Assembly (NCBI GenBank): GCA_900321265.1
Contig: ONVJ01000122.1
Coordinates: 1 to 39,479, forward strand
Reading direction: 5' to 3'
Source: an uncultured Eubacteriales bacterium
Lineage (GTDB): Bacteria > Bacillota > Clostridia > Oscillospirales > CAG-272
Length of the DNA stretch: 39,479 bases
Shown one piece after another: positions 1 to 7,749 of this stretch. The notes below the pieces were generated by a model. That model saw only the letters and a program-made list of their open reading frames with translations. It made no database searches and was not told where the DNA came from. Position numbers and translations under genes: made by a program. Numbering within the stretch: position 1 is the stretch's first letter; every line of letters begins with the position of its first letter.

Positions 1-67
1 CCGCGCCGTTTTTGCCCGTTAATTTTGCGTTTTATACTGTTTTTGCAGCAAAAAACGCAAAGCTCGC

Positions 68-101
68 GCAAAAATCGCGGTTTCCCGTCCGCGATTTTTG
101 C
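68..101. terminator. Perfect 13-bp hairpin at the window edge, possibly the terminator of an upstream gene
   Basis: GCAAAAATCGCGG (68-80) and CCGCGATTTTTGC (89-101) are exact reverse complements around an 8-nt loop. The A5/T5 runs lie inside the stem, so it could act in either direction. The upstream gene is not in the window. Confidence 0.4.
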
Positions 102-137
102 GGGGCTGTAAAAAAAGTTGACTTTTTTTACAGCCCC
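102..137. terminator. Perfect 15-bp hairpin immediately following the first one
   Basis: GGGGCTGTAAAAAAA (102-116) and TTTTTTTACAGCCCC (123-137) are exact reverse complements around the 6-nt loop GTTGAC. There is no external T-run; the U-rich tract is part of the stem. Confidence 0.4.
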
Positions 138-178
138 GGAGCCGGAACCATAATCTTTCCCCGCTAATAATCTTTTTC

Positions 179-207
179 TTGACAATCATTAAAAAAAGAT
201 ATATACT
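179..207 (+). promoter_or_regulatory. Sigma-A-type promoter of the GH4/SBP/BNR/NanA-like operon
   Basis: TTGACA (179-184), a 17-nt spacer, then TATACT (202-207). It lies ~60 nt upstream of the first ATG, in an AT-rich island. Confidence 0.6.
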
Positions 208-268
208 TAACTATAACTGAATTCGACCGCGCCCTGCGCGGCGGAATCCCGAAAGGACGGACACCCGC

Positions 269-1591
269 ATGCCGAAAATCACTTTTATGGGAGCAGGAAG
301 CACGATCTTCGCCAAGAACGTTCTCGGCGACGTCATGCTCACCGACGCGCTCAGGGAATCTGAGATCGCGCTCTATGACATCGACCCCGTCAGGCTCGAA
401 GAATCCTTCATCATGGTCACCGCGCTCAACAGAAACATCAACGAAAACCGTGCGACGGTAAAGAAGTATCTCGGCGTACCCATGCGCAGGGAAGCGCTGA
501 GAGACGCGGATTTCGTCGTCGACGCCATACAGGTCGGACTCTACGAGCCCTGCACCGTCACCGACTTCGAGGTCCCGAAGAAATACGGCCTGCGCCAGAC
601 GATCGCCGATACCCTGGGGATCGGCGGCATCTTCAGAGCCCTGAGGACTATACCGGTTCTTCAGGATTTCGCCGAGGACATGAGCGCGGTATGCCCCCGC
701 GCGATCTTTCTGAACTATACGAACCCGATGGCGATACTGTCCGGCTATATGCAGAGATACACCGGCATCGAGACCGTCGGCCTCTGCCACAGCGTTCAGG
801 TATGCACGTCAACTCTGATGAAAGAGCTCGGCATGGACCCCAAGCGGCCGCTTCGCGAAAAGATCGCCGGGATCAACCATATGGCCTTCCTGCTCGAGTG
901 CGAGGACGCCGACGGGAACGACCTCTATCCCGAGATCAGGCGCCGCGCCTGCGAGATCCTTGACAATCCGCCCGAGGGCTTCAAGGATCTTGTAAGACTT
1001 GAGTATATCCGCCGCTTCGGATACTACGTTACCGAATCGAGCGAGCACAACGCCGAATACAACTGCTTCTTCATCAAGGATAAGTATCCGGAACTGATCG
1101 ACCGCTACCGCATCCCGCTCGACGAATATCCCCGCCGCTGTGTCAGGCAGATAAACCGCTGGAACGCCGACAGGGAGCTCTATGTGGCGGGCGACGTAAG
1201 CCATACGAAGACGAGCGAATACGCCTGCTACATCATGGAGGCGGTCGTTACGAACAGGCCCTACTGCTTCGGCGGAAACGTCCTCAACAGGGGGCTTATC
1301 GACAACCTGCCCGACAACGCCTGCGTCGAGGTGCCCTGCCTCGTCAACAAGCTCGGGATTCAGCCGACGCAGGTCGGCAGGCTGCCCGAGATCTGCGCCG
1401 CCATGAACCGCACGAACATCAACGTCCAGCTGCTGACGATCGAAGCCGCCGTCACAAGGAAAAAGGAGTGCATCTATCAGGCGGCGATGCTTGATCCGCA
1501 CACCTCCGCGGAGCTGTCGATCGACGACATAGTCTCCCTCTGCGACGACCTCATCGAGGCCCACAGGGGCTGGCTGCCCGAATATCACTGA
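269..1591 (+). CDS. Glycoside hydrolase family 4 (NAD+/Mn2+-dependent alpha-glucosidase/alpha-galactosidase/LplD-like glycosidase); substrate unresolved
   Basis: 440-aa ORF. It has the N-terminal Rossmann motif KITFMGAGS plus the NYTNPM and GLCHSVQ motifs characteristic of GH4. A GAAAGGA RBS lies upstream. Confidence 0.85.
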   Translation: MPKITFMGAGSTIFAKNVLGDVMLTDALRESEIALYDIDPVRLEESFIMVTALNRNINENRATVKKYLGVPMRREALRDADFVVDAIQVGLYEPCTVTDFEVPKKYGLRQTIADTLGIGGIFRALRTIPVLQDFAEDMSAVCPRAIFLNYTNPMAILSGYMQRYTGIETVGLCHSVQVCTSTLMKELGMDPKRPLREKIAGINHMAFLLECEDADGNDLYPEIRRRACEILDNPPEGFKDLVRLEYIRRFGYYVTESSEHNAEYNCFFIKDKYPELIDRYRIPLDEYPRRCVRQINRWNADRELYVAGDVSHTKTSEYACYIMEAVVTNRPYCFGGNVLNRGLIDNLPDNACVEVPCLVNKLGIQPTQVGRLPEICAAMNRTNINVQLLTIEAAVTRKKECIYQAAMLDPHTSAELSIDDIVSLCDDLIEAHRGWLPEYH

Positions 1592-1651
1592 CGCCTCCTG
1601 CTTCTCAGGCTTCCGGCGTTCTTCACAATAAAAATCTCCGAGGTGAAAAAA

Positions 1652-3184
1652 ATGAAAAAGACGACAGCGCTTGTTTCGCTCATCTTCGCGATCATATTCT
1701 GCCTGTCCGCCTTCGCGTCCTGCGCGGAGAAGACCGGCCCCGGGGCGGATACGACGGTCCCTTCGGTCACTGCCGCGACTGACACAACCGACGCGCCCGA
1801 AACAGACAAATACGAGATCGGCGACAACGTCCCCGCCACACTGAATTACGGCGATGAGGTCATAAACATCCTCAGCCGCGGAAGAGACTGGTGCAAGGAC
1901 GAGATTTCCGCAGAGGACGACGGAAACGCCATCCATTCGGCGGTCGCCACGAGGAACCTGGTCACCGAGAACCGCCTGGGCGTAAAGATCGAGAACACTC
2001 TGGTCCCGGGCAACGACAACTATGAGATCAGTGAGAAATACATAAGGACGCAGGTGAGCGGAGGGCTCAACGACTACAGCCTGATCTGCGCCAGCGTATA
2101 CGCCTCCATCATCCACACCAACGAAAATCTCTACTGCGATCTGATGGATGTCGAGAATCTCGATCTGTCCCGTCCCTACTGGTTCGAGGGCTTCAACAAC
2201 GCCGCCGTGTACAAGGGCTCCCAGTACTTCTGCACCGGGGCGATCTGCCTCTCTCTCTACCGCTTCACCTTCGCCACATTCTTCAACCGCCAGACCTTTG
2301 AGGAGCACAGCGTGCCCTTCCCCTACGACAAGGTCAACAGCGGCGAATGGACTCTCGATTACCAGTACGAGCTGGCTTCGATTTTTTACGAGGACGTTAA
2401 CGGAGATGGGGTGGCACAGGACCAGACCGACAAGTACGGCTTCGTCGCCAATCACGACATGATCTCGGTCGACCCCTACTGGTCCTCCTGCAAGCTTGAC
2501 ATACTCGGGCGCAACGACGCGGGAGAGTATGTCTACGCGGTGGACGTCGACAGGATCACCCTTGCCGTTGAAAAGATCAACGCGCTCTTCTGGGACAACC
2601 CGGGCACGCTGAGGATCGCGAACCAGTCTGCCGATTCCGAGCAGCCGATCATCGCCGGGCTCTTCGCCGAGGGCCATGCCGCCATGACGACACTGCGCCT
2701 GATCGAGGTCGAGAGCGACGCGATGAAGAACATGAAGGACGACAGGGGCGTCATCCCGATGCCGAAGCTCAACGCAGAACAGGACAGATACTACAGCTAC
2801 GTGCACGACACGATGTCCGCCTTCGCGATCCCGAACACCTCGAAGGACGACGCCGAGAAGAATATGCTCGGCGCGGTGCTCGAGGTCATGGCCTCCGAAA
2901 GCTACAAGACGATAACCCCCGCCTACTATGAGGTGACTCTGAAGGCGAGATACGTCAACGACGTCGAATCGGTGTCGATGCTCGACCTGATCACAGAGTC
3001 GATCTATATCGACGCCGGCATCCTCTACACCAAATCGATTGAATCTGTCCATCAGCTGATGAGGACCTTCATCGGCAAGAATCAGCCGTCTTCGGTCTCC
3101 ACCTATTTCAAGGCGAGAGCGAAGACCGTCCCGAACGCAGTCGCAAAGATAAATTCCGAGCTCGACGAGCTTAAGAAGGGTTGA
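1652..3184 (+). CDS. Probable lipoprotein, extracellular solute-binding-protein-like (LplA-like large SBP)
   Basis: The ORF track starts at GTG 1643. ATG 1652 is preferred because a GAGGTG RBS sits 6 nt upstream. The signal peptide ends in FASC (lipobox-like). The protein is a paralogue of the 6279-7745 product, with shared blocks such as RNxxVExxLGV and YDL/YSLxC. Confidence 0.7.
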   Translation: MKKTTALVSLIFAIIFCLSAFASCAEKTGPGADTTVPSVTAATDTTDAPETDKYEIGDNVPATLNYGDEVINILSRGRDWCKDEISAEDDGNAIHSAVATRNLVTENRLGVKIENTLVPGNDNYEISEKYIRTQVSGGLNDYSLICASVYASIIHTNENLYCDLMDVENLDLSRPYWFEGFNNAAVYKGSQYFCTGAICLSLYRFTFATFFNRQTFEEHSVPFPYDKVNSGEWTLDYQYELASIFYEDVNGDGVAQDQTDKYGFVANHDMISVDPYWSSCKLDILGRNDAGEYVYAVDVDRITLAVEKINALFWDNPGTLRIANQSADSEQPIIAGLFAEGHAAMTTLRLIEVESDAMKNMKDDRGVIPMPKLNAEQDRYYSYVHDTMSAFAIPNTSKDDAEKNMLGAVLEVMASESYKTITPAYYEVTLKARYVNDVESVSMLDLITESIYIDAGILYTKSIESVHQLMRTFIGKNQPSSVSTYFKARAKTVPNAVAKINSELDELKKG

Positions 3185-3205
3185 TTTCGCCTGCTTCCTT
3201 CTTTC

Positions 3206-3229
3206 CCCGGCCGGAACAGGCCGGCCGGG
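3206..3229 (+). terminator. GC-only hairpin after the first SBP gene (intra-operon attenuator or mRNA stabiliser candidate)
   Basis: CCCGGCCGG (3206-3214) and CCGGCCGGG (3221-3229) are exact complements around a 6-nt loop. No 3' T-run follows on the + strand. Confidence 0.35.
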
Positions 3230-3268
3230 AACCAATCAAAACCCGCCCGAAAGGCATTTTTAGTTAAG

Positions 3269-5077
3269 TTGAAAAATCATTTGCGAACAGTCAGGTTTGC
3301 GCTGCTTCTGCTCGGCGCGCTCCTGATCCCGGCGCTCTGGCCGGCGGTCGTCTCGCACGCCGAGGACGTGACTCCCGAGGTCCCGATAGTATCGTCGGTC
3401 ATCACGGGAGTCCGGGTCTCGTCGGGACCCGACAAGACCAGATACTTCGTCGGCGAAGACCTGGTGATCACCGGGGCGAAGCTGAGGATCGACTACAGCG
3501 ACGGGACCGTCTCGTATGCCGACATAAAGAACGAGTGGTGCTCGGGGTTCGACAGCTACACCGTCGGGACAGTCACCGTCTCGGTAAAATATCCCGACTG
3601 GGAGGATCCGGCGTCCTTCAACGTCGAAGTGGTCTACCCTTCGGTGAAATACATCACCATCAAGACGAATCCCAGAAAACTGACCTATTATACAGGTCAG
3701 TCGCTCGACCCTTCGGGGATCGCGGTGACAGCGAGCTATGAGAACGGCTATACCGAGGACGTCTCCACCGCGGTCACATACTCCCAGAGCGAGTTCAATA
3801 CTCCGGCGGAAAGCCTGAAGATCACCGTCTCCTACCGGAAAGACGGCAAGGTGTTCTCTGCGAGCTTCAATGTCAAGGTCATCAAAACGGCTCCCGAATC
3901 GCTGAACATCGTCGCGATGCCGGCAAAGACAGAATATCTTGACGGCGAAGATTTCGACGCCGACGGGCTGTCGGTCGCCGTGATATACAACGACGGATCG
4001 TCGGTGTTTCCCGAGCCCTCCGAGATAAGCTTTGAAGGTTTTGATTCGGACGTCCTGGGAGAGCAGACCGTCACCGTCACCTGCCGGGGAGTGTCGGCAG
4101 GCTTTTCGGTGACCGTCTCGCTTTCCCCCGATCATGAGCATATCCCGCTCGATCCGGTCATATCTCCCGAGCCGACATGCACCGAGCCGGGGAAGAGCAG
4201 CGTCACCTGCCGCGTCTGCGGAGAGGTGATCGAATCCGAGGATATCCCGGCGCTCGGACACCGCTGGGGAGAGTGGGAGGAGAAGGAGAGCCCTGCATAT
4301 CAGAAGGAGGGCAGCCTTGTCCGCGTCTGTGAGGTCTGCGGAGCTGAGGAGACCGAAACGCTGCCGCCTCTGTCGAGATCTGTATCCGACGGCGCAGGAG
4401 GACTGACCTTCACACTCGAGGGAGAGGGCACCGACTGCTTCCCGTCCGGAACTTCTCTGACAAGGGAAAACATTAGGGAGATGCTGACCCAGTCTGAGGT
4501 ACAGTCTGCCGAATATCTCGCGTCTACTGCCGGCGGGATCGTCGCCGAGGTATGCGAGGTAAAGCTGACCTGCCCGGAGGGCAGTCTGCTGCCCGACGGG
4601 AATCTCGTTGTCAGGATGTCGGTCCCGGAGGGCGATTATCTGGACTTTTCGCTCTTCATCGACGGGAAGAAGACGGTGACCGATTACAGCGAGAGCGACC
4701 GGGCGCTTCTCTTCGTGATCTCAGCGGAGGAAAGAAAGACGTCGTCTGTCTATCTGATCGCCGGAGTTCCGAGACCGCCCGAGACCACGGCGCCGCTGAC
4801 GACGGAGGTCCCGGAGCCGGTATCCGGAGACGAGACAACCTCATCCGGCGATATCCCATATCCGCCCGAAAGCGCGACCGCTTCGTCTCAGGATCCCGAG
4901 ACATCCTCTCCGGATGACAGATCTGTCGGTTCGGACAGCGAAGATGCCGGGGAGGGATCGGGCGGCATGACCCCGGAACAGTTCCGGAAAACCGTGGTTA
5001 CGATCGGCATCGTCATAGCGGGACTTCTCGTCCTGTTCGTGGTCGGTACGCTGCTCTACAAAAGATTCATCGACTGA
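3269..5077 (+). CDS. Membrane-anchored surface protein: three Ig-like repeats, a Cys-rich (zinc-ribbon-like) module, a P/T/S/E-rich stalk and a C-terminal TM helix
   Basis: 602-aa ORF with a TTG start and a signal peptide (LLLLGALLIPALWPAVVSHA). Three ~80-aa repeats share the pattern P-K-T-x-Y-x-x-G-E/Q-x-L/F-D-x-x-G-L/I...Y-x-D/N-G. CxxC pairs sit at TCRVCGE and VCEVCGA. The C-terminal hydrophobic helix VVTIGIVIAGLLVLFVVGTLLY is followed by KRF. Confidence 0.75.
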   Translation: MKNHLRTVRFALLLLGALLIPALWPAVVSHAEDVTPEVPIVSSVITGVRVSSGPDKTRYFVGEDLVITGAKLRIDYSDGTVSYADIKNEWCSGFDSYTVGTVTVSVKYPDWEDPASFNVEVVYPSVKYITIKTNPRKLTYYTGQSLDPSGIAVTASYENGYTEDVSTAVTYSQSEFNTPAESLKITVSYRKDGKVFSASFNVKVIKTAPESLNIVAMPAKTEYLDGEDFDADGLSVAVIYNDGSSVFPEPSEISFEGFDSDVLGEQTVTVTCRGVSAGFSVTVSLSPDHEHIPLDPVISPEPTCTEPGKSSVTCRVCGEVIESEDIPALGHRWGEWEEKESPAYQKEGSLVRVCEVCGAEETETLPPLSRSVSDGAGGLTFTLEGEGTDCFPSGTSLTRENIREMLTQSEVQSAEYLASTAGGIVAEVCEVKLTCPEGSLLPDGNLVVRMSVPEGDYLDFSLFIDGKKTVTDYSESDRALLFVISAEERKTSSVYLIAGVPRPPETTAPLTTEVPEPVSGDETTSSGDIPYPPESATASSQDPETSSPDDRSVGSDSEDAGEGSGGMTPEQFRKTVVTIGIVIAGLLVLFVVGTLLYKRFID

Positions 5078-5095
5078 GAGAGAGAGAGAGAGAGA
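5076..5095. repeat. (GA)10 dinucleotide microsatellite
   Basis: Ten uninterrupted GA units begin inside the TGA stop codon (5075-5077) of the surface-protein gene. They continue into a purine tract (AAGAAAAGGGGGAAAA). Confidence 0.95.
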
Positions 5096-5100
5096 AGAAA

Positions 5101-5140
5101 AGGGGGAAAACCGGCATCCGCTGTTTATCCCCCTGCTTTT
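5101..5140 (+). terminator. Weak intrinsic-terminator-like hairpin
   Basis: AGGGGGA (5101-5107) pairs with TCCCCCT (5128-5134) around a 20-nt loop, followed by GCTTTT. The stem is short and the loop large, so this is at best a partial terminator. Confidence 0.3.
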
Positions 5141-5166
5141 ATCACATATTACAGGAGAATGCGAAA

Positions 5167-6222
5167 ATGCCCTCAGCAGTTAAAAGCTTCACCGTTTCGA
5201 GAGACGATTCGGTCTACGAGGCATGGCCGGATCTCGCGCTTCTGCCGTCGGGCAGACTCGTGTGCACCTTCACCGAATGCACCCATCACCGCGACCGCGA
5301 CCGCTCAAGGATAGTCTTCGTCTTTTCCGACGACAGGGGAAGGACCTGGTCGGGGAAGATCCCGCTGTCTGAATACACCGACCGTGACTTTTATTTCAAC
5401 AACAGCCGGATCAGCCTGCTTCCCGACGGAAGGCCGGTCGTCATCTGCGACCGCGTCGACGGCACCGGAAGATACGAGACGGGATCAAAGACGGTCCAGT
5501 ATCTCTGGACGGGATCGCCGTCCGGGACAGAATGGTCGGAGCCCCGGATCCTGCCGTTCTGCGGGATAGTTCCCGACAAATACCGCGTCATAGGCGGAGG
5601 AAGACATCTTTGCGTGTACCAGCGGCACAGCCCTGTCAGCGGAAAGCTCTGCGAGTATCTCAGATACAGCGACGACGGCGGCGCGAGCTGGTCGGAGGAG
5701 ATAACGGTAGCCGACGATCCGAGGTACAATCTCTGCGAGGGCTCGGTGCTGCCGGTCGGCGAAAACGATCTCGTCTGCTTCATGCGGGAAAACTCGGGGC
5801 AGGGGATCGACTGCATAAAGACAGTATCTCACGACCGCGGCGAGACCTGGGGCGAGACCGTCAGGATGCCTGTCCCCGGCTGCCACCGGCCGGTCAGCGG
5901 GTATCTCGCCGACGGCAGGATCCTCATGACCTACCGCTTCCATCAGGGAGGGAAGGGATGGATGAGCTCGAAGACGCAGAATTTCTTCTCTGCCGTCTTC
6001 GATACCGACACCGCTCTCGCCTCGGAGCGGAAGAACATGGCGGTCAGGATAATGCCGGTCGACTACGACCGCTCGCCTCACAGCGACCTCGGCTACTCGG
6101 GATGGGTCCAGTTCCCCGACGGCGAGATCTATATCGTGAACTATATCGTCGACGACGCCCCCAAGGCGCAGATCAGGGGCTACAGCCTCGATCCCGGCGA
6201 CTTTGTCCTGGAAAGACAGTGA
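5167..6222 (+). CDS. Cytoplasmic BNR/Asp-box beta-propeller protein (sialidase-like, BNR_2-type)
   Basis: 351-aa ORF with three Asp-boxes (SDDRGRTWS, SDDGGASWS, SHDRGETWG). It has no signal peptide and no RIP tripeptide. An AGGAGA RBS lies upstream. Confidence 0.8.
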   Translation: MPSAVKSFTVSRDDSVYEAWPDLALLPSGRLVCTFTECTHHRDRDRSRIVFVFSDDRGRTWSGKIPLSEYTDRDFYFNNSRISLLPDGRPVVICDRVDGTGRYETGSKTVQYLWTGSPSGTEWSEPRILPFCGIVPDKYRVIGGGRHLCVYQRHSPVSGKLCEYLRYSDDGGASWSEEITVADDPRYNLCEGSVLPVGENDLVCFMRENSGQGIDCIKTVSHDRGETWGETVRMPVPGCHRPVSGYLADGRILMTYRFHQGGKGWMSSKTQNFFSAVFDTDTALASERKNMAVRIMPVDYDRSPHSDLGYSGWVQFPDGEIYIVNYIVDDAPKAQIRGYSLDPGDFVLERQ

Positions 6223-6278
6223 CAGGGCGCGGGCGGCAGTCAGACACGATCCGACTTATAATCGCAGGAGAATAAAAA

Positions 6279-7745
6279 ATGAGAAAGAAACATTTGATCT
6301 ACCGGATGATCGCCGCGTTTCTGCTCGTTCTGTTTGCAGTCTTCGCCCTCCCCGCCTGCGGGGACAAAGAGGGGGCAGGAGACGGCACGGACGCGACCTC
6401 CGGCGGCCCGGATACCGGGGAGACGCAGGCGGACGTGACCGGGGAGAACACCGACGTCTACCGCAATATCGACAGGACGAAAAAATACGACGGCAGCTTC
6501 AGGGTCCTCTCGTATGACGCGAAGACCTGGAACATCTATCTGACCGCCGACACCAACAGGGGCACTCTGCTCGACGACGCCGCCTTCAGGCGCAACAGCG
6601 AGGTCGAAGAGCTGCTCGGGGTGACCGTCGAGACGGTCCTGTTCCCGTCGGGGGACCTGATAGCGAGGATACAGTCGGCGAACGCGTCGGGGGCCCACGA
6701 AGACTCCTACGATCTCGTCTGCTTCTGGGCGACGACGAATATCGCGAGCCTCCTGACGACCGGCGCCGTTGAGGACTGGCGTTCGCTCGGCTCGGTCAAT
6801 CTGTCGGAGCCCTGGTACAATCAGTCGGCGAACGAGGCCTTCCTCTTTCGCGGCAGGCAGTATATCGCCGTGAGCGATCTGACATATCCCGTTCAGCAGC
6901 ATTTCAGATTCCTTTGCAATCTCGAGATGCTTTCCGAGCTCAGACTGAAAAGCCCCTACGCTCTCGTCGACAGCGGCGACTGGACGGCCGACGAGCTTCT
7001 CGCCCTGACGAAGGACGTCTATACCGACCTCGACGGCAGCGGCACGAAGACCGACCTTGACAGGTACGGGCTGGCGATCACCGTCAACGGGACCTCGAGA
7101 TTCATAAACAACTGGGGCCAGAGCCCGGTGAAGGTGTCCGACGATGGCTTCCTGATCAACCTGAGCGGGGATCTGCTCCAGGGGATGGTCGAGAAGATGA
7201 ACGAGATACAGACCGCGCCCGACACCTGGACCTATCCGAACGTCGACTACACCGTCTTCAACAGCGGAAGGGCTCTCTTTGAGGTCTACTCCAGCGATCC
7301 CGACAATCTGCGGGACATCTCGTTCAACTACGCTTATCTTCCTTATCCGAAATACTCAAAGGATCAGGAGAATTATATTACCGTCACGCACGGCGGCATA
7401 ATGGCGGTCCCCTGCTGCTGCGCCGACCTCGACCGGTCGGGCGCGATTATCGAGGCGCTTTCCGCCGCGTCATACAAATATCTCACCGAGGCCTTCGTCG
7501 AGACCTACTTCACCAGCCGTATCCTCCGCGACGCCGACTCGGTCAGGATGTACAGGCTGATGCGCGACACCGCCTTCTTCGACGTTTCAAGATACGTCGA
7601 TCCGTCGGGGAAGCTTTCGGGGCTCTCCTACTACACGTCGATGCTTAAAAACGGCAGGACCGATCTGGAAAGGCAGTATACCTCCGAGGGTCTTGCCATC
7701 GTCAAAAACTACCAGGCCCTTTGGGAAGGGATAAAAGGAGACTGA
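6279..7745 (+). CDS. Probable lipoprotein, extracellular solute-binding-protein-like (paralogue of 1652-3184)
   Basis: 488-aa ORF whose signal peptide ends in LPAC-GDKEG (lipobox-like). It shares blocks with the first SBP-like protein. An AGGAGA RBS lies upstream. Confidence 0.7.
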   Translation: MRKKHLIYRMIAAFLLVLFAVFALPACGDKEGAGDGTDATSGGPDTGETQADVTGENTDVYRNIDRTKKYDGSFRVLSYDAKTWNIYLTADTNRGTLLDDAAFRRNSEVEELLGVTVETVLFPSGDLIARIQSANASGAHEDSYDLVCFWATTNIASLLTTGAVEDWRSLGSVNLSEPWYNQSANEAFLFRGRQYIAVSDLTYPVQQHFRFLCNLEMLSELRLKSPYALVDSGDWTADELLALTKDVYTDLDGSGTKTDLDRYGLAITVNGTSRFINNWGQSPVKVSDDGFLINLSGDLLQGMVEKMNEIQTAPDTWTYPNVDYTVFNSGRALFEVYSSDPDNLRDISFNYAYLPYPKYSKDQENYITVTHGGIMAVPCCCADLDRSGAIIEALSAASYKYLTEAFVETYFTSRILRDADSVRMYRLMRDTAFFDVSRYVDPSGKLSGLSYYTSMLKNGRTDLERQYTSEGLAIVKNYQALWEGIKGD

Positions 7746-7749
7746 TCTC

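Noticed and set aside
809-3235. 808-aa minus-strand ORF spanning the GH4 and SBP genes
   Set aside because: It lies antisense to two well-supported + strand genes. Its R/G/V/D/H-rich composition is typical of shadow frames in GC3-biased DNA. It has no motifs and crosses an intergenic region.
5532-6275. 247-aa + strand alternative frame within the BNR gene, and 6240-6902 on the minus strand
   Set aside because: These are Arg-rich off-frame ORFs. The Asp-box-containing frame (5167-6222) and the lipoprotein frame (6279-7745) explain the region.
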